DNA of 63,932 nt, counting the filler, from Parasitella parasitica NRRL 2501 (lineage: Eukaryota > Fungi > Mucoromycota), in the NCBI GenBank assembly GCA_025201805.1. It is 4 parts of 4 records of this genome, joined end to end, with 100 filler letters (N's around TTAATTAATTAA, not from the genome) between each part and the next. Parts side by side here need not be neighbours in the genome. Positions count along the whole stretch, not along the records: positions 23,353 to 44,773 come from MU619357.1; 3 more parts are not named here. The stretch is one strand, 5' to 3'. Every line of letters begins with the position of its first letter. Within the stretch, counting starts at the first letter, position 1. Positions 26,500 to 39,715 of this stretch are shown in pieces. The notes below the pieces were generated by a model, which saw only the letters and a program-made list of their open reading frames with translations, was not told the origin of the DNA and did no database searches. Made by a program: the position numbers and the translations under genes.

Positions 26500-29400
26500 T
26501 CATCATTGCAAATTTTTTTTTCTTGAAATGGTTATTGCAGCAACATCCACACCAAATTTTCTTGTGATAGTCAAAGGCAAAGAGGCACCGAAAAAAAAAT
26601 AGATCAGAAGCTTTTTTGACTCTGGACATGGGTTAGCATGTTGTCAAGATAGATGCCAACACAATCAATGGTTGCACTTTGCGCTTTGTGAATGGTGGAT
26701 TCAAACGCAGGAATGACAGGAAATTGCGATCTGACATAGCTTTTACCTGTTACTTGCTTTGAAATCCTTTGTATCCAGTACAATTGCCCTTCACCATGCT
26801 CTTTATCATTTTCAGTGAACTTTTTCAGACAAATGTTATCATCATCTACTTCGACAACGCATGCAATTGTCCCATTGACCCATCCCAGTCTAACATTCAT
26901 CTTCTGTGAAAGCATTACAGGCATACCGACTTTCTTCAGATATAAATCTTCTGGAAGGCGGGTTTCTTTCAAGGCTTTTCTTGCAGTACCAGCAGTCCCC
27001 ACAAAAGTATCATTTGCCTTGAATTTTATCTCATCGCCAGGAAACTCTTTGAAGTCTTTTTCATTTGCGTTTTTGACTCTTTCTCTCGTTGTATGTATAT
27101 AAACGCAAACAGTTGAGTGGCTGGTCTTTTTTGTAAATTGTTTGTTGATTGATGAAATGAATAACATCTTCATCAAAATAACCTAAACGCACTTTGTTTA
27201 GAATATCGATAAAGGCTTTCTCGTTTTTCCTGATAGGACGAAGTAGATCATAGCGGTTTACGGAATGGCAGATTTTTGTAGCCCAAATTGAGGACTCATT
27301 TTTTTGGGCTGGTAGGAGCTGTGCAATGTCTCCAAAGAAGATAGTTTTTATGCCACCCATTATTACTGGCCTATTTGTTGTTTTTACTAATGCACCGTTC
27401 ATTGACTTCAAGAGTCTTGCGCTAATTATGGAGTATTCGTCTATGAGCAGGATGAGGTTTGGATAGTAGAGCTTGACATATTCATCTAGGACTTGGAAAT
27501 TAGGAATTATGGATTTGTTGGCCATGCCAAAAAAGCGATGTAATGTTTGTCCACCAATGTTATGAGCTGCAATCAATTTTTGCAATACAAAATGACATAC
27601 CACCTTATATCCTTTTAAACGATAGTATCGCTCAAGCATTCTAAGCACGTAAGATTTACCTGTCCCAGCAACACCACTTACAAACACTACCGAATTGACT
27701 TCCATTTCATACTTGATCTGGTTGTATATACTCTTCTGATCTTCGTTTGCATTGTGTAGCATAATTTTAAGTTCCTTTTTGGTTACCTTTTCGCCTCTAT
27801 TTAGGTCAATAATATCGTCTATAGTTTGAATGTTTGTTCTTCCAGTCGACGGCTTAATTCCTCTTTTCTCAGCTGGTATGCTAATTAAGCATTCATAGTA
27901 GTCTTTCCAAGTACGATATGCACCTTTTGCCTCTTCAAATGTAGTGTCAAAAATAGCTTTCTTCGTAACTATTTGTTGATAATAAAATGTTTCTCCATTC
28001 ATTTCACTTTCGTTATACATTCTCCAGAAAGCCACCCTGTCTCTTGTTTGCAAAACAAACCTTGTTTTTTCTCTGTTCACAAACTTGGGCAGCTCAGATG
28101 CTAAATAAAATCTTCTGTTTATTGAACCTTGTACGTTTCCTGTTTCTGTATTCTCTGGTGCCTGTGATTTGCGAATATAAAAGCAAAAGAACTGGGGTAA
28201 TGTCAAAGTGTTTGCACCATTTCGTTTCTCGTAAATTTCTATTCGAGCTTTGGCATAGATATCTTCCGAGTCTTCGGGTAGCTGCTTTACGTCGCCTCGT
28301 ATCCTCAAAGAACTATGACCAATCAAAGCTGTTTTTAAGAATATAACGTTTCTTGAATTGCTGTGTTTGTGCCAGCCTAACAAATCGTATACTGCTTCAA
28401 CAGCGCCAACAATTCTTGTCTTTAGGTGCTCAGACTCTTTCACATACGCTGATTTCTGATAGTGACCTTGATTGGTTCTTCCAACGTTTTTAAAAGTGAC
28501 AGAAGTGCTATAATCGCCTTTCGCCATATATTTCGCAAGGTATCTTAATGCCTGCGGGCCATCATTGTACTGAATGTTCATGTTTGCTCTAAATACAGCC
28601 AGTAAATAAGGAATTATAATTGTTTACCATACAATTAGTAACATCCCTCTTATAAATTACTTGGTGATTTTTGTCCATATACATGTTACAGGTGATTGAG
28701 GTTTTGGAAAACCAAAACGGCATGGTCGGTCAGGTTGGCCTCGTTTGCAATAGCTTTTTATAATATAGCAGTTAGTTTTTGCATTGGAAAATTGTGTTAA
28801 GATACTCACTTATCGTTACAAGTATGCAACTGATGAGTATTGACCAGGTGATGCATTAACGGATCATTATGCGATACGTTTGGAGGAAAACTTGTGTGAA
28901 CAACATCTATATCAATAAGTTGATCTACGGTTTTTTCGGTCCATAGTACAAGGTGGATGTGAGGGCTTCCTCTGTCTTGAATTTCCATAACCCAGCTGTG
29001 CTCTTTTACGCCAACAATCTGATCAGCAAAATGACCCAAGACGTATTTGTTGAAAAACTCTAACCATTTTCGTTTCCAGTGAGCTACAAAAGTTACTGGG
29101 TCATCCCATGGATGCGCAATGTCAGGAACCAAATCTTTGAAGTCTAAGCTATTTTCATTGCATGCAAACGTAAGAAATAGCTGTGGAGATCCAAGATTCT
29201 CGAAAATGCATTGTAGGTCCAAAAAGTTTTTGCGCTTGTAAGCATAAGAAGAACGAATTTGAGGAGGAACAGTTGATACAAGATTCTTGTTCAGTTTTTT
29301 GGTTGTATTGTTGACGATGTCGCTTTGTTTTGATTTTTTGGTTCTGCCCTTTGTCGACACTACAAAATAATTTGCAGTTGCTATATTTATCTTTTCGACT

Positions 29401-29830
29401 AGATCAAGCATGAAAAATAAAAACCAAGGGTCTTTTGCGAATCTTCTATCCCTCATCAGTAAACGAGATTTTGCAAAGCTTGAAAGAAATTCGCCTCGTA
29501 CAGAGCGCTACCCCTCTTTTGGTCTCCGGGATCTCATAAGCAATCTGCTCTAACGGAGTAGAGCATTCTGGCGCCGGCTTCTTGCTCGACATGAGGGAAT
29601 AATGGCCAGAGCTTGTCGTGAAGAATAAATGAGGGAAGGTAAGAGCTAAAAGACTTGGGTAAGAATATTTGATGCTTTTTCCCTCATTGTATTCTCCAAT
29701 AATTAAATCTCTGAAACGGTCAGGCGTAGCTTCAGGATTAATGTCTTCCATAGCAAAAACAGCATTGTTTGTCCAATTGGTAGCAGATCCAATATGCTTT
29801 TTGTTCTCGGTAACATGATGATTGACTAAT
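26500..29830 (-). mobile_element. Helitron RepHel gene (HUH Rep plus Pif1 helicase), degenerate, with introns
   Basis: Rep motifs PQLFLTFACN, WVMEIQDRGSPHIHLVLW and RYLAKYMAK; Pif1 motifs SGVAGTGKS, GGQTLHRFFG, LLIDEYS, FFGDIAQLLP, QFPVIPAFESTIHKAQSATID. Frameshifts and a deletion before MSRV. Confidence 0.92.
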
Positions 29831-29834
29831 GCGT

Positions 29835-29958
29835 ACGTATAAATTTATATAGTTGTAAAAAGTATAAATAGCAGATGCAATTTCGATTTTAAATAAAATT
29901 TCTTGAAATTTTCCTATCTCGTTAACATTTGGTTTTCATTATCTTTTTTGATTCAACA
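29835..29958 (+). mobile_element. Diverged LTR family B 3' fragment abutting the Helitron 5' region
   Basis: TGTAAAAAGTATAAATAGCAGAT...TATCTCGTTAA...TCAACA resembles 20022-20145. Confidence 0.6.
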
Positions 29959-30729
29959 GCTTACCTAATGTGCTGTTTACTTAATGTTGACTTGAAGAAT
30001 ATTTCCACGGTTATTTGATATTTTATGGAAGTTTTAAAGAGGGATGGTATTTCCGTTTATGAGGCGAAATAGTACTTATTAGGTCTAAAAATAAAAAATT
30101 GACCGTAGTGTGAAATACGTTCACTATGATGATCTGCATTCCACTTCTAGATTCATCCGGTTACCTTAAATTGATATAGACTACATATGCGCACAGATAA
30201 TAAGATGTGCAATACAGATTTATACTATATAAGATGTAAGCTAGAGATGGCACCATTAGGATGGATGACGGTATAGACTTATACTTATATCTTGACACGA
30301 GCCTTAGACATTTACTAAATCTAGTGTATGCTACGGGTTTATGCTATATAAAATTTATGCTTCAGATGCGTATTCCCAGTTTCTAGATACACACTACAAG
30401 ACATATACTTATATCCAAGATACTAGCTACAAATACATAATGTACTTCAGACTTGTACAATATGTGCAATGCTATAGATATGCTGATGACATGCTATAGT
30501 CATGCTACATATACCGATATATGCTAAGATGAATACCAAGTGATATACACTCAGACATGTACTATTAATATAGACTGAATAAGACTATACAAGAGATGAT
30601 ATACGCTTATGGATCGATATTAATAATCTTCGCATAGAAGATTGATCAGGTTACTACCTCGGGTAAAGTCTATCTCCTCACTCAAATAGATTTAAGTTAT
30701 CTTGAGTCTGCTGATATGTNNNNNNNNNN

Positions 30730-30768
30730 TTGTCATGATCTTCTGTCTATAATTATGGCAGATCAACA
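30730..30768 (-). mobile_element. LTR family B-related 5' terminus running into a gap
   Basis: Reverse complement reads TGTTGATCTGCCATAAT...AGATCATGA, matching the start of 19711. Confidence 0.6.
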
Positions 30769-31176
30769 ATGTAGTTTTTTTTTCATTCATTATTTATGTA
30801 ATAAGATTTTCATTTATCTTACCATCGTCCAATATGAATACTGCCATTTTTGAAACCAGCATTTTCCAAAGAGACTGCAGTAAATTTGAAAGATTTACGA
30901 AAATAAAAAAAGAAAAATATAAAAAATAAAAGCGATATGAAATTACAATTATAACAAGTTTGGGGTTCTTTATTATAAAAGTATACTGAGGTTTTATCTA
31001 GAGAAAAACATCTTAGTATTTATAGGATTTGAATTGTTGTTGTATATCAGTTCTCATGAATGAAGCATTGATCCTAGAATCAATGCGTTAATTTGTCGTT
31101 GTTTAATTTTAGGTTTTAAGGAGAAGCAGATTATGCTGAATGCTTTCACCATTGAGGGATATTTGCGTAACATTGG

Positions 31177-32876
31177 TGTAATGTCTGAGATATTGCATTT
31201 ATAGAATAAAGAATATTGTTTTATTGATTGCTAAGACTGCTACTATTTATACTAATTTACTTTGCGTAGTAACTAACGATTATTAATGTCAAGGTACCAA
31301 TTGATACCAAGATGAATGTACCAGAAGTATTCATCTTGTTATCCTCTATAGGATTGGTACTTTGAGTCTTGCTACGCCTTTCTACTCGATTCCAGAATGC
31401 TACTAATTGGGACTCATCCTTGAGGCGCCGACTGTAGCTGGATACACTACATCATTCCCCCTTTCTAGCCAAGAGCCTAAGATCTACTATATTGACAGTG
31501 GACATAACCTTGGGGTCTTCAACCTTTGCTATCTTGTAAGCAGTGCCTTCCTGGTTTGTAACTTCTAGGATTCGCCATGGAGCAATCCAGCGTTCCTTGG
31601 GGAATGCCATCATCTTGTGATTCTTCCTTAGGACTAGATTTCCAATCTTGAACTTGACTAACTTCCGAGTCTTCTTGTTGTATTGGCTTCTTTGCTGTTC
31701 TTGAGCATGCTTGATGTTTTTAAGGGCCTTCGCATGGATAATAGGTAATGTGAATTACTGGCAGTCTTTCACACATCATATTGAATTAGTAAAGCAGATC
31801 TTAGTTCTTGACTAAGATCCTGAGAATAAAGCATTAATAATAAGAAGTATACCACTAATACTATACATTTAAAGACGATTGTACAAATTGTACTCCACAT
31901 TAATCAAGCACTGCTTACTGCTTTCCCATGAAGCTTAATTTAATCAAGATCAAGTTATTACATTAGTAACTTGAATTCACTATATTTTACTTTACTATAA
32001 ATAAGATGAAGTTCAAGGAGCTAACCAGAACTTCACTTACATTTTAACTTGAATAAACCAAGAAGAGTTATAATTGTATTTTTCTAAGCTTTTTTTAATT
32101 TTTATAGCAATAGGGATTTCTTGATTCAAGAACTCGTTCCACTGTTGAGTGGCGTAGGTTTTCGGATTCATCATCTCGAGACTTGGAAGCAATGGTAGAG
32201 TGGCCATCCTACCGAACATGACCTCAAAGGGAGAGAACGTAGTGCTTGCTTGCCTAGCTGTATTGTACGCAAAGACCACAAACGGCAGATGTTGCGCCCA
32301 TGATTTCAGGTCGTTGCCTACTACAATACTCAAACTTGTCTTGAGCGTCCTGTTCATCCTTTTGACTAAACCATCCGACTGAGGGTGTTCTACTGATGTT
32401 AATGACTTAGAGATTCCCAAACGTGAATACATCATGTTCATTGCTTCAGACACATAGTTGGTACCATTATCGCTTATCAGCCTTGTGGGTAAGCCATACT
32501 TGAGCACCACTTCTCATACAACAGTACTGGCACTATATATAGAGCTTGTGTCAAAACTTTTTAGCGGGACAGCCACCACCCATTTGGTCAGGTATTCCAT
32601 AAACACCAGAAGATACCTTTCTCCATTATGAGATTCCGGAAGTACTGCTATATCAGTAGCCCATACTTCCCCCACGAAATTTGGAGTGATTGGCTTCATA
32701 GGAGGCCTCTTGACATCACTGGGAACCTTGTGTTTTTGACATCCCTCACAAGATTTGACCCAGAGTTCGACATCATTACGCATGTTAGGCCACCAGCCTA
32801 TTTCCTTGACTTTGGACAGAGTCTTGTCAACACCAAAATGTCCACCAGTATTCTTCGAATGCACCTGGAACAACAC
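31177..32876 (-). mobile_element. Ty3/Gypsy 3' end: integrase, PPT and 275-bp 3' LTR (family C, 31177-31451)
   Basis: HHCC (H....GHFG...CEGC), WATDI, LISDNG, QSDGLVKRMNRTLK, RWIAPWRI. PPT AGAAAGGGGGA precedes an LTR TGTAGTGT...ACATTACA that has TATAAAT and AATAAA on the minus strand. Confidence 0.88.
31746..32108. mobile_element. 363-bp non-coding insertion in the integrase
   Basis: Flanked by direct repeat AATAGG (31740-31745 and 32109-32114). Excision restores the frame EIPIIHAKALKNI. Confidence 0.75.
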
Positions 32877-34877
32877 ACCATGGCCAACTTGTGTGATAAA
32901 ATCCTAACTACTGGTGATGCTTTAGCAACTAGGTGTCCAAAATAAGCACCAGTGATTAGATTTTACACACAAAAAAATGTAGAACTCAATCACTCAAACA
33001 TCGTAAGCTTCAATTAGAACTCCCTTTTAGTTTTTCGCGAACCATTTTCCACTGACGTTATGCTCAAAAAATTGCGATCAGACGTTTATTCATCACTAAA
33101 CTTTAAAAACAATCACTAAAAATAGAATAAGTGATTGATTCATCACCAAGCATTTAAGAATATCACTGTGAATAAGAAGAGTGCTTAATTCGTCACCAAG
33201 AACTCAAAAAAATNNNNNNNNNNNNNNNNNNNNNNNNNNNNNNNNNNNNNNNNNNNNNNNNNNNNNNNNNNNNNNNNNNNNNNNNNNNNNNNNNNNNNNN
33301 NNNNNNNNNNNNNNNNNNNNNNNNNNNNNNNNNNNNNNNNNNNNNNNNNNNNNNNNNNNNNNNNNNNNNNNNNNNNNNNNNNNNNNNNNNNNNNNNNNNN
33401 NNNNNNNNNNNNNNNNNNNNNNNNNNNNNNNNNNNNNNNNNNNNNNNNNNNNNNNNNNNNNNNNNNNNNNNNNNNNNNNNNNNNNNNNNNNNNNNNNNNN
33501 NNNNNNNNNNNNNNNNNNNNNNNNNNNNNNNNNNNNNNNNNNNNNNNNNNNNNNNNNNNNNNNNNNNNNNNNNNNNNNNNNNNNNNNNNNNNNNNNNNNN
33601 NNNNNNNNNNNNNNNNNNNNNNNNNNNNNNNNNNNNNNNNNNNNNNNNNNNNNNNNNNNNNNNNNNNNNNNNNNNNNNNNNNNNNNNNNNNNNNNNNNNN
33701 NNNNNNNNNNNNNNNNNNNNNNNNNNNNNNNNNNNNNNNNNNNNNNNNNNNNNNNNNNNNNNNNNNNNNNNNNNNNNNNNNNNNNNNNNNNNNNNNNNNN
33801 NNNNNNNNNNNNNNNNNNNNNNNNNNNNNNNNNNNNNNNNNNNNNNNNNNNNNNNNNNNNNNNNNNNNNNNNNNNNNNNNNNNNNNNNNNNNNNNNNNNN
33901 NNNNNNNNNNNNNNNNNNNNNNNNNNNNNNNNNNNNNNNNNNNNNNNNNNNNNNNNNNNNNNNNNNNNNNNNNNNNNNNNNNNNNNNNNNNNNNNNNNNN
34001 NNNNNNNNNNNNNNNNNNNNNNNNNNNNNNNNNNNNNNNNNNNNNNNNNNNTACTACCTCGGGTAAAGTCTATCTCCTCACTCAAATAGATTTAAGTTAT
34101 CTTGAGTCTGCTGATATGTCGGTTAGCACAAAGTTAAGACGCTAGTTACGCAGTATTGTCGTACACGTTAAATTGCGAGAATAGAACATTTATCCACAGT
34201 TGAAGTATATAAAAGTTCATCTACCTGGCCAGTAGATGAACTAGAGCTTTATACACCTGTCGATTTGATAATAAAAACCTATACCTTTATCAAGTTGACA
34301 TTAATTTTTTTTTATTATATTTTTTTCCGTGAATCCATATAACAACTATACCGATTCCACACGTAATGAGCACAGTACTTTAAATAATTGCATTGACCAG
34401 GCCAGTTCGCTTAGTCAAAGGTGGAAAAAATCCTCTTAATAATCAAGTGGGAAAAAAAAAGAAATCAATAAAGAAGAAGGAATAACGCAAACAAACATAA
34501 ACCAAGAAGGAATGAAGTTAGCAAACGCTTTGGTTGTTTTTTTTCAGTTCCATTCCAGTTTGTTGATTTTCGAGAAGTCGGCGTTAAGTCAGGCACATCT
34601 CATTTTCAGAAACTCGTAAACATTTCAGAAAATTATAAGTAAAATATGCGCGTATGAAACAAAGCGTGAAATAAGTGATCATATATTTTTATTTAAAATA
34701 GAAGCCCTCTAAACAGAATAAATAATGTTGAAAGCCGGGCGAAAAAGCTTGAAGCTCTCGAAATCGAATATGGCCAAATTTAAAAAGGCGATATTCTAAG
34801 CTGTACACTCTGTTCTATTTAATAATATGTAAAAGAAGGGATTAAAAAAAGTACAAATAATCAGAAAGCTTTTGCAG

Positions 34878-35490
34878 CTATTTTACCAAGCCAGCACCGA
34901 TATTAGTGGGAGGGAGAGGAAGGGCTTCATCATGAAAAATATGATTTAATTCAAATAGGATCACGCAGATCTCAGGCCAAGAGGCAATGGATTGAGCATT
35001 TTTTGGCTTTTTCAGAGACAGTAAATCAGACAAAAAGGAAAGACGGTCGTTGGTGGAGTCCGGTAGCTGAAGACGACGATGTATTTGGAGGGATTCGATG
35101 ACATGAGAATCAGAAAGGTGAACGGCAGGATGGAAAGGACAAGGTCGTGGTTTTCTGCTAGGAAACCAGCCAAGACGCCAACGAACCACCTGGCTACGCT
35201 CCATACGTGCCATTGGGAGCCACAAAACTGGGTCAACCGCCAAGGTCGGACGGCAAGTTGAAATTGTTTGGATATAGTCATAACACCCTCTGCAATAGTC
35301 CAAAGCCCTTAAAAAATTGATGTCTCAGGGTTTTAAAGGCACGTCGGTCCAATGTGTCGGACACGGGTTCAGATGTTTGCCATAGAGAGTTGGAGACTAA
35401 TTTATACCATTGTGAATGGCTGGCAGATGTTTGTATATGAAGTAGCGGTTTTTGTATCAAAGTATCCTCTGGTAATTGTAGCGTCTGAAA
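34878..35490 (-). mobile_element. Non-LTR retrotransposon (LINE) ORF2 C-terminal fragment
   Basis: STCRPTLAVDPVLWLPMARMERSQVVRWRLGWFP..KPRPCPFHP...HRRLQLP...LSFL resembles the post-RT C-terminal region of Mucorales LINEs as I recall them. Frameshifted and 5'-truncated. Confidence 0.7.
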
Positions 35491-37527
35491 GACCTTTCAA
35501 TACAACATGTATATTTTAAAATGTATCTATTGACGACTATCATACGAAATGGCTGTTTTTAAAAGACAATTAATATATATATGGGTATTATTCTTCAAGA
35601 TTGTACAGTATCTGACCAACTTCACATTATATTTAATTGGGAGCACGATACTTTTATTTGTTAATATAACTGCGAGACAAGTATATGAATAAAGTATGTA
35701 CGCAAAAATCATTCTCATAAAGAATCAAGACATACTGAAATTATCCTGAGTCAAAGTATGATATTCAATGAAGAAGTAAAAGATATCATTATCTTTCGGT
35801 GTCATAAATCGAAAGATCAATCGTTTTTTAGAATGCGATAATATGTAAAAGATTAAAATGAACTTCGCGAATGAGAAAATGGCGAATGGATAACCCTTAA
35901 TGCCTGTAAAGAGAGCTATTCATTGTAATGTAGTAGTAGAATTAGTGCATTTCGGTTGATAATGCGATGCAGGCTAAGTGAAACTCTGCGCATATATGTA
36001 GAGTTAAAAAATGATATCACTAATCGAAACAAGACAGGGGCATTTATTTATTTGTAATACTTTCATTGTCATTTCTCAAGATATTCTATGTACAAGCGAT
36101 GCTAAAGTTCCTGGGTAATTGGAAGAGGCATTGAATGCTGCAATGTGTAACCATCTGCACCTGATTTTTCTCTTTTGAAGGAACAATAATGAGAAGAGTA
36201 TTATTGTATAAGACGTTTTCAAGGGACGGGAAAAAGTGGGAAAATTAAACAAACTTGTCTATGTTAAAGAGAGAATCTGGACCCTCGCCTCCTTCTTTCA
36301 CATTCTATTGTTGAATGTTGATCTCGAAATATTTAAGCTACATAACAAATAGCAGCGCAGCATCCGACTGGCTGTACAGTCAAGTCGATGCAATGTTGAT
36401 TGGTGTTCTCAAAAGCATGCTTTCGGCGTACTTGGACACACCAAAACCGGACTTGCTACTTGATTTGGGTTACATATAAAACAATTAGGGGATTGCAAGT
36501 GTATAAATAAATAAATAGATATTGCTATTTACATTATATAGAAAATGGAATATTAAAACAACTTGCTTGCCATGTGTTTATAGATAAATGGAAATGAAGA
36601 GAAGTACACTTCATTGAGGAAGTCTATGTGCATGTTTAAGTTGGACAATGAAAGCACTTTTACCAAAGCATCGAGGCACTATTACAAGTGCACGGTCATA
36701 AGACAGCATAAATAACGCCATTCATAATGAAACGATCATTTATGTATCGATTTTTTTTTTCAAAGATAACATGAATAATATCAGACACTAGGACATTTGT
36801 CACACCTGTCATTTCACCGTCATGTTCAGTCTACTCTTTTTGTTATATGAATGCGTTGAACCCTGTCATTGACATATCCCTAATTTATCGCATATCTACC
36901 AATATATATGATAAAGAAAAAGAAATAGATAATAGAGGACCCAGGATTATTGTAAATTTGTTGTTTATGTTCCAAAATAAATCCCACACTCACCCCTGCT
37001 ACTGCTGCTAATACGCTATCAAACTCCTCCTTTACACAATGATTTCTTTGTTCTTCACTTTCTCTTTCCACATAACTCTTTTAAGCAAGGCTAAATTTTT
37101 AATGATGTAGTACATTAAATAAATAAATAAAAAACTAGATGGAGTTTAACTAAAATAAAAACATGTTATTGTCATCGAATTAAAAAATACATGTGATTTG
37201 CTTTACATGTTCATCTCGCCCCCCTTAAAAAAAAAGGTTAAGAGCAGTTTATTCGATTAATTGAAAGATATAAAAATCAAAATGCTGGTATTGTGAATGT
37301 AAATATTTAACTTGAAAGGGAATTGCGAGGGGGAAAAAAAGAATACTAATGCAAAATGGAGGCCATTATTGTTCATGAATGAAAAACTTGTGGGCGTGCT
37401 AATACTAGAGACTACATTTTTTTGTCTGTGTGTTGTTTTACGTTATGCTTAAGTGAAAATATGGAAAAATAAAAAAAAAAGGTGTACATATGTTGCTTAT
37501 ATATATATAATAGATCGTTCGAGACGA

Positions 37528-38841
37528 TCACTTCATACGCTTCATTCTTTTTTGAGCACGAGAAGACGACGAGTGATTGAAATCATGCATGTTAAGTGGC
37601 GTGTTAAGTTGACTTGCTGATCTTGGTCTATTGTTAGTGAGATTGTGAGGAGGTGAGGGAGGTGCTGTTGCTGATGAAGACGAATTAGCTCTACGTGGAC
37701 AATAACGGTACTCTGGAAAGGCCTCTCTGTGAGCTAATTTTTCTTGTTCTGCAAGCCCATGCCATGGTCTTTTTTCATTTTCGGAAAGCTTTCCCCATCT
37801 ACGAGATGCCCGTCTAAAAATAGTATATCAGCATTTCTTGTGTATTATTACTATACAATTTATTTAATTTACTTGGAGATCTCCTCGGCACGAAGTGTAG
37901 GATCTTGAGATTTAAGTGCTTGTCCATAATGACAACGAAACTAATAACGAATAATTTAATACATGCATCCAATACTACAATCAAATAGCTTACATGAATC
38001 CATGCGTTACGAGGTCTTTTGATATGTGCATTTTTTGTCAAGAACATGCTTTGATCGGCATTAGCAGCAGCAGCAGCAGCAGCAGCAATAGCTGCTTGCT
38101 TTTTATTCATGGATTTTGTTGATGATGAAGAAAAAGCTACTTGCTGATCAGCATAGTTCGCAGTAGTGGTATTTCCAATGGATTCCAACAAGGTTTTTGC
38201 AACATGAGAGCCGGGCTGTCTATGATTTGCAGCAGCCGCGGCCGAAGCAGAAGCAGCAGCCATAATTGGTGACATTGCAGAATCGTTTACAGTCTTAGTA
38301 CTAGCAATACTGGTAGTAGTAGCAGATGATACAGGGGGCGAAGCAGTAGAATAACGCGATGAAGGTAAAGATTGAATGGACGCTGATCTACGTAACATTG
38401 GTAACTTGGTTTTAAATACTTTAAATAAGTCTAACGGAAAGAACCCGGTATCATGTATCTTTAATTGAGGTGTTGGTTCCAGAAAAGGTGGGCAATGTTG
38501 TTGATTGTAATATGAGAGATTTGATAATGTAAATTTTCTTAATTTTGGTGAATCTGGAGAAGGCGGTCTGTTGTCTAAATTTTTTTTTTTTTTTTTTTTT
38601 TAGCAAGGTCTACAACCAGAAACAAAACTTTGTCCATTTTACCTGAAATGTTTAAAATTGGAGCCAATTCGACAGGGGAATAAGTAGAGGAAGAAAAAAT
38701 AGCATGCTGATCTGTCAAATAGTCTTCTTTAGGTGATAAATAGGATGCTTTTGTTGCGTTAGTAATAGGCATTGTAATACCAGCAGAAGACGAAGAAAAA
38801 GTAGTAGTGGATGATGATGTTGATGTTAACGATGATGGCAT
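37528..38841 (-). CDS. HMG-box transcription factor (MATA_HMG/Rox1/Ste11-like), 4 exons
   Basis: Exons 38841-38643, 38574-37994, 37940-37873 and 37813-37528 splice in frame to HIKRPRNAWIHFRCHYGQALKSQDPTLRAEEISKRASRRWGKLSENEKRPWHGLAEQEKLAHREAFPEYRYCPRR. Confidence 0.9.
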
Positions 38842-39715
38842 TTTAAAATTATTTCGTAGTCGAAATTAATTAAATCTTGTGAGTGGTGGAATCAAGAACT
38901 TGGTATATGCTTGGCTTTTCTAAAAGAAAAAAGAAAGAAAGAGAGAAGAGAAGGAAGGAAAAGGGAAAAGAGGAAAAAAAGAAAAGAAGAGCGATGTGCA
39001 ATTATTATGATTATTATTATTGATGAACAGAGGAATAGAACCATCAGCTTCATCTTTTGCTGCACATCGCTAATGGACTGGGCTCAACCGGGAGTTTAAT
39101 TGAGTTTTCAGGATACAGCTTCTTTCTTGTACAATGGCAGCAAAATATAGATTACAATTTGTATAAATATATACCACAACACATTTATTTACATAAACAG
39201 AGACGCATTGCATGGTATCCCATTCTCTTCTGCTAGGTATTCATTGTATATACTATGGATAAATCATCTTGCATTTGGCGATTGCCCTGAGAAAGAAGAG
39301 TTTATTTTCATTGTTTGGTTCATGTACATGTATAGTGAAATTTGTCTCTCCTAAAATCCACAGTATTGTGCCCAAAGATCCCCTTATTCTCCTCTTGTCT
39401 GTGTGCGTATGCGTGTGTGCCACTACCTTGGTGATATTTTTGTGAAAAAAATTCACGTGTAGTAGCTCGAGGTTTCTTTTTTCATCAAAAAACCTCATTG
39501 TCCTTTATTAATCGATAAAAAAAAAGCTGTTCCTTCTGCTAAATGTTCGTGGAATGGCTATTTAAAATCATTATGTGTAACAAAATAAAGTAAATTTTAC
39601 TTCGGCTTGTCTCCGACAGGTGGATACACTCATCTCTCTCTCTCTCTTGTTCTGTCCCCTACTACAGCGAGCAATCATCTCTACAGCCCCCCCCCCCTTT
39701 TTTTTTCTCATCATC

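Larger units (their letters stand above)
30109..34361 (+). mobile_element. LTR family A insertion split by gaps (5' part 30109-30719, 3' part 34052-34361)
   Basis: Starts TGTGAAA, ends TTCCACA, flanks CGTAG/CGTAA. The two parts overlap by about 68 identical bp, so this is either one solo LTR split by scaffolding or two LTRs of one element. Confidence 0.75.

Noticed and set aside
38575-38642. Apparent frameshift at the poly-T run in the HMG gene
   Set aside because: Explained by a normal GT-AG intron (38642-38575) that keeps the frame.
37528-38841. HMG gene as the Mucorales mating-type gene sexM/sexP
   Set aside because: It is not flanked by tptA and rnhA, and has three introns and a long low-complexity N-terminus with a C-terminal HMG box. 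The helicase fragment at 5.1 kb is on another scaffold.
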